A stretch of DNA of 64,000 nucleotides from Promethearchaeota archaeon (GTDB taxonomy: Archaea > Asgardarchaeota > Lokiarchaeia > Sigyniarchaeales > SOKP01), in assembly GCA_016839705.1 (NCBI GenBank), contig JAEOTR010000030.1, forward strand, positions 39,084 through 103,083, read 5' to 3'. Positions 30,718-40,147 of the stretch are shown here, in pieces. How positions within the stretch are numbered: the first letter of the stretch is position 1; each line of letters opens with the position of its first letter. A program made the translations under genes and the position numbers. Under the pieces are notes generated by a model. That model had not been told where the DNA came from, made no database searches, and saw only the letters and a list, made by a program, of their open reading frames with translations.

Positions 30718-31287
30718 CTATTTAATTTTAAATTCAAGATGAATTAAATTAGTTGTTGTTTCTTCTATTTTGGTGATAAAATCTAAGTCAAAATAATCAG
30801 ATAATAGATATTTATAAAACTTTGTGAAAAAATTTGAATAAACCTCATCCATATCATGTAAACCTCTAAAGGTGAAAGACTTACCTTGAGTCTGAATATC
30901 AATTGTATTAAACCATTTTAATCCATTTTTGCCAAAAAAGCCAATTAAAAAAGTTGTATAGGATTTCAAAGTTTCTTCATTCATTGGCTTAGCTGTAGAG
31001 AATTTCATAATATCCGAGAATAAATCAGCAAAATCTTTAGCTATAGTATCTAAAGATTGTTCATCTAATTTGGAAAGAATTTTAGAAAAAATAGATTTAG
31101 ATATCATAATCATTTGGTTAGTTTGGTTGATCAATTCTAAATTGAGCCATTGCTCAATTGCATCTTTTGCTACTAAACCTCGAGTTCTATTCTTTTGCTT
31201 CGCAATTAGTTCTAGTTTTTTAAGAATTTCTTCGGAAAGTCTAAATCCAAGAAAATTATTTTTTTTATTTTTTATTTCTTTTGTCAT
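30718..31287 (-). CDS. Ribbon-helix-helix (CopG-like) regulator with C-terminal domain
   Basis: FLGFRLSEEILKKLELIAKQKNRTRGLVAKDAIEQWL fits an RHH domain. Confidence 0.7.
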   Translation of the reverse strand: MTKEIKNKKNNFLGFRLSEEILKKLELIAKQKNRTRGLVAKDAIEQWLNLELINQTNQMIMISKSIFSKILSKLDEQSLDTIAKDFADLFSDIMKFSTAKPMNEETLKSYTTFLIGFFGKNGLKWFNTIDIQTQGKSFTFRGLHDMDEVYSNFFTKFYKYLLSDYFDLDFITKIEETTTNLIHLEFKIK

Positions 31288-31457
31288 TTAAGACTTATGT
31301 CCATTTTTTCCTTTGTTTTCCTAGAGTTATAAAACTATATGTTTTTAAAAGTATTTAAAGTTGTCGATCATAGGATCTATTTTCAATTGATAACATTTAA
31401 ATACTTTGTAATTGTTATGATGAACTAAATATCTAATACAAATTGATAGAGAAAAAG

Positions 31458-31622
31458 ATGAAGATAATATCAAAGAAGAAAAAGAAGAGATATAACTATG
31501 AAAATGATGAATATGATGACGAAAATGATGAATATGATGACGAAAATGACAAAGATGATGATCGGGACTACAAAGGGGAGGAGGAAGAAGAATTAGACAA
31601 TGTTGACGAAATTTATAATTAA
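31458..31622 (+). CDS. Unannotated basic-then-acidic microprotein (54 aa; 59 aa from TTG 31443)
   Basis: MKIISKKKKKRYNYENDEYDDENDEYDDENDKDDDRDYKGEEEEELDNVDEIYN; TATA at 31396-31403; internal 21-bp tandem duplication. Confidence 0.5.
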   Translation: MKIISKKKKKRYNYENDEYDDENDEYDDENDKDDDRDYKGEEEEELDNVDEIYN

Positions 31623-31717
31623 TTCTATTAATTTGAGAAAAATTTGTTATTTTTAAATAAAATCCAAATAAAAAATACTGATAGAAAATAAATGAAAAAA
31701 AGGAGTGATTAGAACTA

Positions 31718-32374
31718 ATGGAAGAAGTTAAAAATGTTGAAAGTATGGCTATTGAAAATTCAAAAATAGCAAAGGATGAAAAGTTTAAAGCAGAAGCGAT
31801 GAAAAAGTTAACAAAACAAGAGGTAAAAAGGGCAAAAGCAAGAGAAATGTTAGTTAAAAATGAAATTGAACTAGCAAAAATACGAGAAAATTTAGCTGAA
31901 GAGAGTAAGAAATTAGTGGAGAGAAAAGAAAAAGTAAAAAAAATATTAAATTTTTCTGAAGCTAGTTTAAAAGCTGAGCTAAATCAAGCTGTTTACAATG
32001 AAAAAGTTGCAGAGGTTCAAAAAGATGTAGCTGAAATTCAACGAAAGATTACTCATACTGAAACTGAAATTACGGAAGTAAATCTAAAACTGGTTAGAAA
32101 AAAACTTAATGAGGCTAAAGGAAGGAGTAATTTGGCTAAAAAACAGTTTGTTTACGTCAAATTAGTGAATGCTAATGCTCCTGGCGAAAAAGTTGGGAAA
32201 GCTGAAGAAGTTTATCTTAAACTACAGAAACATTTAACCAAATTTGAAACTGATGCAATGGAAATAAATAAAGAGATGGTTGAGAAACAGAATAAATTAG
32301 CTAACCTGAAAAAACAACTCTCTGAGAAATTAGCAGAAAGGGAAAAAATCAGACCTATAGATTCTAGTTCCTAA
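31718..32374 (+). CDS. All-helical coiled-coil protein (paralog of 34496..35164)
   Basis: K/E-rich heptads; shares KARE.LVK.E.EL, IL.FS and ER.KIR with the paralog. Confidence 0.8.
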   Translation: MEEVKNVESMAIENSKIAKDEKFKAEAMKKLTKQEVKRAKAREMLVKNEIELAKIRENLAEESKKLVERKEKVKKILNFSEASLKAELNQAVYNEKVAEVQKDVAEIQRKITHTETEITEVNLKLVRKKLNEAKGRSNLAKKQFVYVKLVNANAPGEKVGKAEEVYLKLQKHLTKFETDAMEINKEMVEKQNKLANLKKQLSEKLAEREKIRPIDSSS

Positions 32375-32429
32375 ATAAGAAATAATATTCAATATGGAAA
32401 CTGGTAATGTGGTGAAGGAGGCAACTCTG

Positions 32430-32534
32430 ATGATTTTTCAAATTATACTCGCATTAGCTTTATGTGTTATTATTTTAGGTGAATTAGGAATTATATTTAG
32501 ATTATTAAAAGAATTTTTTAGAGTTGTTTACTAA
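32430..32534 (+). CDS. Unannotated single-TM microprotein (34 aa; 46 aa from ATG 32394)
   Basis: AAGGAGG upstream; MIFQIILALALCVIILGELGIIFRLLKEFFRVVY. Confidence 0.5.
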   Translation: MIFQIILALALCVIILGELGIIFRLLKEFFRVVY

Positions 32535-32625
32535 TTTTTTCTTAAATTTTTATAAATAAAAAAGTTAAAAAAATCAAGGAAAAAGAAATAATCAGTAATT
32601 CAATGGAAAAAATAAAAATTAATAA

Positions 32626-32835
32626 ATGCAGGGAGACAAAATGTTTTTTAACTCAAATATCTTCTTAGTGGCATTATCAATTGGCCTTTTAACTATAGCT
32701 CTAATCTTATTGATAAAGGTTATTATTGAAGAATTTAAAAAAGAATCTGTTGATTTACTTGTACTTATTAGTTTAATTGCAATTCCAATAATTTTTTTAA
32801 TCCCTATAATTTTGGGCTTGATTCAAGATTTATAG
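32626..32835 (+). CDS. Small two-TM membrane protein
   Basis: Two hydrophobic helices; GGGAG suggests the start is ATG 32641. Confidence 0.6.
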   Translation: MQGDKMFFNSNIFLVALSIGLLTIALILLIKVIIEEFKKESVDLLVLISLIAIPIIFLIPIILGLIQDL

Positions 32836-32903
32836 AAAATTGTTCTTTTATCTTCTTAAATCCAAGTATATTTAAACAAAATAAAAAAAGAGGTGCTATT
32901 AAT

Positions 32904-33110
32904 TTGGAAAATCCTGAGAATTTAGAAATAAAAGCACAAAAAAATTTAGCAATTGCAGAAAATGAAAAATTAATCTTTAAAGATTCTAAAATTTAGCTGA
33001 AAAGAGTAAAAAACTAATCGAGAGAAAAGAAGAAGTTAAAGATATTCTAAATTTTTCTAATAATAAATTTAAAAACGAAGAAGATTATGCTATTTACAAT
33101 ATAAAAGTTA
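32904..33110 (+). pseudogene. Internally deleted remnant of the coiled-coil family
   Basis: MENPENLEIKAQKNLAIAENEK, then shifted-frame NLAEKSKKLIERKEEVKDILNFS...DYAIYN; close DNA match to about 31888-31960. Confidence 0.75.
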
Positions 33111-33241
33111 TAAATTCTTTTCATACGAAAACATTTTTCCAAGGTTTTATTATTTTGAAAATATATGAAAACTTTTATTTTAAAAGTTGGTTTACTAAAT
33201 TATTAGTTAAAATTAAGTCTATAGTATTTAAGTGAGATAAT

Positions 33242-34334
33242 TTGAGGTTATTTTCAAGATCCCTTAGAAAAACAAGCCCTCCAAGTAAAAAAAAAGAAAA
33301 AAGTTGGTCTTCCACCAGGGACTCTAATTTATACAGGAGATAAAGTAGAAGAAGAGATTAAAATAATCTTAACAGATTATACTGAAGACCATTTTAATTT
33401 TCAGGATTTTAAAGATATTCAGATTAATTTTACCAAAATTGAAAAACCGATAATTAGATGGATTAATATATACGGTCTTGCAAAAATAAAAGTTATTGAA
33501 GAGATTGGTCGTCAATTCAGTTTACATCCTCTTGTTTTAGAAGACATCTTGAACCCAAATCAACGGCCTAAATTAGAAGATTATGGTAACTATATTTTTG
33601 CAGTATTAAAAAAGCTAAGTTGGAATCAAGAACGAGAGGATTTTGAATATGAACAAGTTAGTTTAATTTTAGGAGAAAATTCTGTAATATCATTTCAAGA
33701 GCGGGACACTAAACTTTTTAATCCAATTTACGAGAGAATTCAAGTTCCAAAAGGAAGAGTTCGTTTAATGGGAGCGGATTATCTCTTTTATGTGTTAATT
33801 GATATTATCATTGACAATTATTTTATTATATTGGAAAAGTTAGGCGAGGATATAGAAAATTTGGAAGACTTTTTAATAAAGAATCCTGAACCAGAAACTT
33901 TACAGCTTATTTATAGATTGAAAAGGTCTTCAATTGAGTTAAGAAAATCTATTTGGCCAATAATAGAAGTGATCAATAAATTACAACAGGAGCAATCGAA
34001 TCTAATCCATGATGGTTTGCAGATTTATCTAAGAGATGTTTATGATCACATTTTTAGAATTAGTGATCTCTTAGAAAATTATCGGGATATTATTTTTGGA
34101 ATGTTGGATATGTATCTTTCAAGTGTTAGCAATAGGATGAATGATATTATGAAAGTCTTAACAATTATTTCAACAATTTTCATTCCAATTTCATTTCTAG
34201 CAGGATTTTATGGTATGAATTTTCTTCACATGCCCGAACTATCCAATCCTTTCGCATATCCCCTTTTAATAATTATGATGATAACAATAGCATTTATTAT
34301 GTTATATTTCTTTAAAAGAAAAAGATGGATTTAA
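33242..34334 (+). CDS. corA: Magnesium/cobalt transporter CorA with a +1 frameshift in an A9 tract near the 5' end
   Basis: KKVGLPPGTLIYTG, LHPLVLEDILN and GFYGMNF. TTG 33242 is out of frame unless the A9 at 33287-33295 is A8. Confidence 0.9.
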
Positions 34335-34495
34335 AATATCTTTAGATGATTTTTCTAATATATAATTATAGCACAAATTGAAATTAGAATAGGAAAAAAA
34401 TATATTGATAACCAATTTAAAATAATCTTAAAAAAAATTTAAAATTTCAATTTTATTAACTTTTTCTTTTTATTCCTATAATAGCTCTATTTAAT

Positions 34496-35164
34496 TTATC
34501 CCGCAATAATAACTCCTGGGTGTCTAATTTTTCCTCTTTCTGTGAACTTTAGAGATAATTCCTTCTTTAATTCGGCAAGTTTATTTTCTTTTTTCTTTAT
34601 GTCTTTTTCTTTTTCCAATACATCATCTTTTTGTTTTAATAGATGTTTTTTATAGCCTTCATAATGATTTTTCGCTTTCAATATTTTACTTTCTGATGCA
34701 TCTTGTCGAAATACTTTAAGATAAATAGTTTGCTTTTTGGCTAATTTTTCTCGAGCCTTAGCTACATCTAATTTTTCCTCAGACAACTTTAGTTTTAGCT
34801 CAGCTATTTGTTTCTCAACTGCAGCAATCTTCTTATGAACTTCAGCAATTTCTTTTTGATTTATTGATATCTTCTCATTGTAATCGGCATAATCATTTTC
34901 ATTCTTTAAATCCTCATCAGAAAAATCTAGAATTTGATTTTTTTTAATATCTGATTTTTCCTTTGCTAATATTTTTCTTTTTTCGGCTAAATCCTTTTTT
35001 ATTTCAGCTAATTCATATTCAATTTTTACTAGAGTTTCTCTAGCTTTTGATTTTTTTATTTCAAGAAGAGCATTAACTTTTGATTTTTGGGCTAATTCTT
35101 TCTCAAACTTAGCAATTTTCAAATTCTGTTGGGCTTCTTTCTCAATAATAGTTAAATTTTCCAT
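34496..35164 (-). CDS. All-helical coiled-coil protein (paralog of 31718..32374)
   Basis: Colinear similarity to 31718..32374. Confidence 0.8.
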   Translation of the reverse strand: MENLTIIEKEAQQNLKIAKFEKELAQKSKVNALLEIKKSKARETLVKIEYELAEIKKDLAEKRKILAKEKSDIKKNQILDFSDEDLKNENDYADYNEKISINQKEIAEVHKKIAAVEKQIAELKLKLSEEKLDVAKAREKLAKKQTIYLKVFRQDASESKILKAKNHYEGYKKHLLKQKDDVLEKEKDIKKKENKLAELKKELSLKFTERGKIRHPGVIIAG

Positions 35165-35310
35165 TACTTTTTACCTTTAAATGTTGGTCCAAAAATTGAG
35201 TCTAAAGACATATTTTAGCTAGTAGGGTAGTATTTAAATTTAATTTATTTATTATTAATATTTCAATTTTGAGCAATTTTCACGTTCTAACTTAACCCGT
35301 TAATACATAG

Positions 35311-35952
35311 TCAAACTTTTTTTTCTTTTTCAATTAATTCCCTTAATTTAAAAATATCTTCATTATAGTTAATGATCTCTTTTTCTAATTTAATAATCTC
35401 TTGTTGAATCGAATTTATTTCTTTTTGAATACTTTTTGATTCCTCTTTATCAAAAAGATTCATTTTTTCTTGTAGTTCTTTAACATTTTGCTCTTTATTA
35501 TTTAAAAGAACTTGTAGATTTCTTAGTTGTTCTTCTTTTTCTAGTACTTCATGAAGGATGATTTCTTTCTCATCCATATCTATTAATTCTTCTATTCTAG
35601 TTATATACCTCTTAATAGCAGTCAATTTTAATTCTTTATCTTCCTCTTTCTTAAAAAATAGCGCAATATTACTCTCTTCTCCAAGTTTTAAAATAATTAT
35701 AGAAATATCATCTGTTTCAAAAATAAGTTTCTTATAACCCTCTAATTTAAAATTACAAAGACTATATACATTTCTAATATTATTTAGAAGCTCTGCTAGA
35801 TTTTCACCTAATTTTGGTATATTAATTTCTTGTTCGAGTGTCGTCTGAAAGACAGTGCCATTATTATAAAACATAATTATATGCAAAACTTCTGGTAATG
35901 CAGCTTTCATTCGAGTAATATTTTTAAAAACTATGATTACTTCACCTAACAA
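35311..35952 (-). CDS. Roadblock/profilin-like N-terminal domain plus coiled coil
   Basis: LPEVLHIIMFYNNGTVFQTT...KLIFETDDISIIILKL pattern; C-terminal heptads. Confidence 0.6.
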   Translation of the reverse strand: MLGEVIIVFKNITRMKAALPEVLHIIMFYNNGTVFQTTLEQEINIPKLGENLAELLNNIRNVYSLCNFKLEGYKKLIFETDDISIIILKLGEESNIALFFKKEEDKELKLTAIKRYITRIEELIDMDEKEIILHEVLEKEEQLRNLQVLLNNKEQNVKELQEKMNLFDKEESKSIQKEINSIQQEIIKLEKEIINYNEDIFKLRELIEKEKKV

Positions 35953-37387
35953 TTATTTCTCTAAATTTATTTATGAATCTATTAAATAGAGACTTTATCT
36001 TATTAGATCCAAACTTATACATTAAATAAATCACTACTATTACTAAAACAAATATTCCTATAATAATAAAACCGATTTGAGTATAAAATATTAATGTATA
36101 ATATAAAGAAATTAATACTAATTGATAATTTGTTGTAATAAAACCTAATTTAAAAAACGATTTGAAACTAATATGACGTTTATTTTCCTCAGCGATATTT
36201 ACTACTAAGATATTATCACCTAATGGTGTTAAATTATCTCCCCAATTCGCTCCAAAAGCAAGACTATAGAAAATTTTATTTCTATTAGTTAAAGAAACGC
36301 TTTGACTCATTACGTCTGCAACGGGAATTAAAACTTTTGTTATTGGAATATTATCAATACAACTGCTAAAATATGCAGATATCCAGAGAAGAATTATTAA
36401 TTGAATATAAAAATTATTCCCTCCTAGAGTTAAAATTGTGGATCCTATTGCACTGGTTACCCCTGTAATTTCTAACCCACCTACTATAATGAAAATCCCT
36501 ACTAAATAAAATATTAATTCAAAATCAATTTTAGAAAATAACTCTTTGGGATTCAATCTTGTTATTATAATTAACAATAGTGCAATAGTCAATGCTATTA
36601 TATCTGGAGAAAGAATAAAAGATGGAATTATTACCAGTAAAACAAATAAAACAACTAAAGAAATTAAAGATTGATATAATAGCTTTTTATTTTGAACAAC
36701 ATTCCATACATTAAATTCTTTCAAGACTTTTATTCCTTCTTCGGGTACTTTCAATTCATTTTTATATAGAAAAATAAAGAAGCCTACTGTGAAGAAAAAA
36801 ACGATTAAAGATATTAAACCAACATTGAGAAAAAATTCTAAAAATCCAATATTAGCAGAATTGATTATCAATATGTTAGGGATTGATGAAATTGAAAAAA
36901 TAGTCCCACCGATATTAACTAATATTGCTTGGGTTAATATATAGGGTGAAGGATTTATATTTAAAATCCTAGAAACTGTAATCGTAAGAGGAATAATTAT
37001 AATCACCGTTAAAATATTATTTAAAATTGCGGATATAAAAACAGTTACTGTGCAAAATGTAATCATTAAAACAATGGGATTTCCTCCAGATAATTTAATT
37101 AATTTGCCCGCGATAAACTGGAATGTACCTGCTTCATGTGCAATTTGAACAATCATCATCATCCCAATAATCATAATTATCGAATGTAAATTTACATATC
37201 CGTCACTAGAACTTCCAAATAATAAATCAACAATTATCGAAAAGTCTTTACCTTCAATAAAAGTAAGTACTAGATATGTAATCACAGCACCTAATAGAGA
37301 AGAAATTGCTCTACTTAATTTGTTGGTTATAATTAAAATAATTACTCCTAAAAAACATCCAAATATGATAATAATACTAATAATCAA
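35942..37387 (-). CDS. ArsB/NhaD (SLC13/P-protein-like) permease
   Basis: SAILNN, NIGG...SIPNILI, IDNIP and GDNLTPLG motifs; about 12 TMs. Confidence 0.88.
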   Translation of the reverse strand: MIISIIIIFGCFLGVIILIITNKLSRAISSLLGAVITYLVLTFIEGKDFSIIVDLLFGSSSDGYVNLHSIIMIIGMMMIVQIAHEAGTFQFIAGKLIKLSGGNPIVLMITFCTVTVFISAILNNILTVIIIIPLTITVSRILNINPSPYILTQAILVNIGGTIFSISSIPNILIINSANIGFLEFFLNVGLISLIVFFFTVGFFIFLYKNELKVPEEGIKVLKEFNVWNVVQNKKLLYQSLISLVVLFVLLVIIPSFILSPDIIALTIALLLIIITRLNPKELFSKIDFELIFYLVGIFIIVGGLEITGVTSAIGSTILTLGGNNFYIQLIILLWISAYFSSCIDNIPITKVLIPVADVMSQSVSLTNRNKIFYSLAFGANWGDNLTPLGDNILVVNIAEENKRHISFKSFFKLGFITTNYQLVLISLYYTLIFYTQIGFIIIGIFVLVIVVIYLMYKFGSNKIKSLFNRFINKFREIIVR

Positions 37388-37573
37388 AATTTCTCATGTT
37401 AACTAGTGTTTAATAATTTCAGTGGAGATAACGAAATTAATTATCACTCATAATTAAAATTATTTAATGAAGGATCTCAACTAATTTAAAATTATAATTT
37501 TTAGGGAAAAATTAAGTTTTTTAAAAGATTAATCTAAAGAATTAAGACCTTATCTTACCTTAGAGATGAAATA

Positions 37574-37987
37574 TTATATTTTATACTTAGAGAATTTGAT
37601 TTTCCCTAATAAAGTTCTTAATTCATCAACAGAAAAGCCTTTCTCTCTTAAACCAATTATAACACTTCCTAATGTAAGACCTTTTATAATATTTTTACAG
37701 TTTTCTTTTGAAATTTCAACATTTAATTCAGACGGTAATGTTTTAATTGTAAATAAGATTTCATTTATTTCATTAAACCGAGGTAATAGAAATTTTTCTA
37801 TTCTTTCACTAAATTTTGGAGATACTAATGGAGCAACCGATTGAAGATCTATACTTTCTGATAATGCATATATTTGTTTTTTCCCCAATTTAACTGTTCC
37901 GTATTCTTTACCTTTTTTTTTAAATTCATCCTTTATAAAAATACTACCTTCTCTGAGAAGATTATATTGATAATTTTTATATTCCAT
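37574..37987 (-). CDS. Hypothetical protein
   Basis: 137 aa ORF with AGGA upstream. Confidence 0.55.
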   Translation of the reverse strand: MEYKNYQYNLLREGSIFIKDEFKKKGKEYGTVKLGKKQIYALSESIDLQSVAPLVSPKFSERIEKFLLPRFNEINEILFTIKTLPSELNVEISKENCKNIIKGLTLGSVIIGLREKGFSVDELRTLLGKIKFSKYKI

Positions 37988-38272
37988 TTTCCTAACTCTT
38001 TATAATTTTGAGATTTTCTTAATCTTCTATTTTTTAAATTTTGGTTTATAGTTAACTTATATAAAATAACCTTTTCCCTCGAGTAATGATAATATATATC
38101 CAGCTTAATAAATTTAAGTTTTGATTCAAATTTCACATATTTATTAACACAATTTAAATAACTAAGATAGTATTTATTTGAAAAGGTTAAAAATTATGAT
38201 TTTTTAGTTAATTACTTTCATGTAAACAAATTTATTTATATGAAACAATGCGATTAGTTTATAAAATTACTC

Positions 38273-38932
38273 TTATTCATTAATTTTTGCGATTTTAACA
38301 AGATCAATTGGACCATTAATATTAATCAAACTAACTAAATTCTTATCTAATGGTTGAATAGACTTTTCTACTGATACATAGTGTATATTCCAATTGGGGT
38401 CAACAAAATTACTTAATCCATAATTTTCATTAATTAAAATGTCTTTAGCCTTTCGATATCCCTTCTCAACAGGATATATTGCAAATAAGGGTTCTAAATA
38501 ACCATTATTCCACCTTGGAATACAACAATCAAAATCTTGAGATTCATCAATCATTAATTTTATTACATCAGCTTTAATTAAAGGCATATCACATGATAAC
38601 AAAAAAGCTTTTTCAAAGTTTAATTCCCTGAGTTCTTTAAAACCAGAGTATATTCCTAACATTGGTTTAAAAATTTTGGGATGTGCAAAGATAGCCCTAT
38701 CATCCACAAAAAAAGTAACCCCTTTTGGGAAATCTATTAACTTTCGATAATTAAATATTTGTTCTTCAGAATGAGCTACCAGAAAAATATCTTGATCAAA
38801 TTTAGATAAAATATCTAATTGATATAGAATTAAGGGTTTGCCGTATAATTCAATTATTGCTTTTTCAGTTCCAAAACGAGTACTTTTTCCCCCGATTAAT
38901 ATTAAAATCGCTAAATACTTTGAATTCTCCAT
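38273..38932 (-). CDS. mobA: Molybdenum cofactor guanylyltransferase
   Basis: ILIGGKSTRFGTEKA, LSCDMP, EPLFAIY and NIN motifs. Confidence 0.9.
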   Translation of the reverse strand: MENSKYLAILILIGGKSTRFGTEKAIIELYGKPLILYQLDILSKFDQDIFLVAHSEEQIFNYRKLIDFPKGVTFFVDDRAIFAHPKIFKPMLGIYSGFKELRELNFEKAFLLSCDMPLIKADVIKLMIDESQDFDCCIPRWNNGYLEPLFAIYPVEKGYRKAKDILINENYGLSNFVDPNWNIHYVSVEKSIQPLDKNLVSLININGPIDLVKIAKINE

Positions 38933-39094
38933 TTTTAAAGACTAATGTGAGTAAAAATATATATTAAACCAGCAATTTTTAAGAAATTAAGTGTTAAAAA
39001 AATCAGGGCAATTATGCATTTTCACAGTTTTAGACGAAATGAGACCGTTTTAGAGCAATTATGAAACCTTTTTTCAATAGTCTCTTACGAATTC

Positions 39095-39208
39095 TTAGTC
39101 TTCTTCCCAATCTTCATCTTCGTCATCTTCGTCGTCATAATCTTCGTCCTCATCCCATTCATCATCTTTAGCGTACATCATTTCCCAATTCTTATTGTTT
39201 GAATTCAT
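39095..39208 (-). CDS. Unannotated 37-aa acidic Trp-containing micropeptide
   Basis: MNSNNKNWEMMYAKDDEWDEDEDYDDEDDEDEDWEED; own TATA (39290-39297, minus strand); synonymous codons vary within the acidic run. Confidence 0.6.
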   Translation of the reverse strand: MNSNNKNWEMMYAKDDEWDEDEDYDDEDDEDEDWEED

Positions 39209-39932
39209 TTATCTTATCTCTATTTTTTTATTATTGATTATAGATTAAAATTATCATATACTTTCAAATACGATAAAAGACATATAATATATTTAAATGT
39301 TTCTGATTTGAATAACAACTATTGAAGTTAAAATTATTAATTCAATTTGAAAAAAATTTAAATCTGAGAAATATTATTAGTAGGTTTTTGAAAGCCTTGC
39401 TTTTCTTAACTTTAAGATGTACTAGTTTATTTTTGTAATATATTTTGATTAGTTCTTAGAAGTATATAAAACACTCATAAATTTAATGAAATATTTAATA
39501 GATCTGAGAATATTAATTTTTTCGTAATAATTCTATAATTGTAAAATTCTATATCGTACCAAATTGTTATTTTTAGCTATTATTAAGTTTCCATGGGTAA
39601 GACTTTTCCGATTTTCAAAAACAATTATAGAATGAAAAAGGAATATTTAATCCATTTTGTATCTATCTCCTTGGATTTAAAAATAATTCCATCATCGCTA
39701 TACTCATAATATTTCATTAAAAACAGCCTGTAGACCTATTTTAAACTTCACTTAATTAATTATAAAAAATATAGAAATATTTATAAACAAGTCAGTTTTT
39801 ATTTAACCTCAGATAAACATGTTCATCTTTATTCAAAATAATCAAATCTATGTATTACCAAAATAAAATTTGAATAAGAAATCAAAGATTTAAAGCAAAA
39901 TCTATGAAGAATATAAAGGAGGGATAAATTAA

Positions 39933-40139
39933 ATGCATAACGGTAAAAAACTTAAAGGGTGGGAAAAGGAAACCTCAGATATTAAAGTAGATGGTCAAAA
40001 TATCAGAAAAGAAATTGAAAGTATAAAAACGATTCTTAAAACATTACAAATTGAAGTTGAGAGAATTCTAAAAAAGTTAGATATGAAATCAAGTGGGGAA
40101 GAAATGAGAGACAGAATGTTCAAATCTGAAAACAGGTAA
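39933..40139 (+). CDS. Small helical protein (68 aa)
   Basis: GGAGG upstream; ends 8 nt before the next gene. Confidence 0.65.
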   Translation: MHNGKKLKGWEKETSDIKVDGQNIRKEIESIKTILKTLQIEVERILKKLDMKSSGEEMRDRMFKSENR

Positions 40140-40147
40140 ACTAATCA

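Noticed and set aside
37933-38136. 67-aa minus-strand ORF and 37566..37844 plus-strand ORF
   Set aside because: Both overlap the 137-aa ORF and have low-information AT-rich composition.
39027-39068. GTTTTAGA...ATGA(G/A)ACC tandem units resembling CRISPR repeat ends
   Set aside because: Only two degenerate adjacent units, no spacers and no cas genes.
39300-39930. Long AT-rich intergenic stretch considered as a replication origin
   Set aside because: No ORB-like repeats and no adjacent cdc6/orc gene; only weak ATCTGAGAA repeats.
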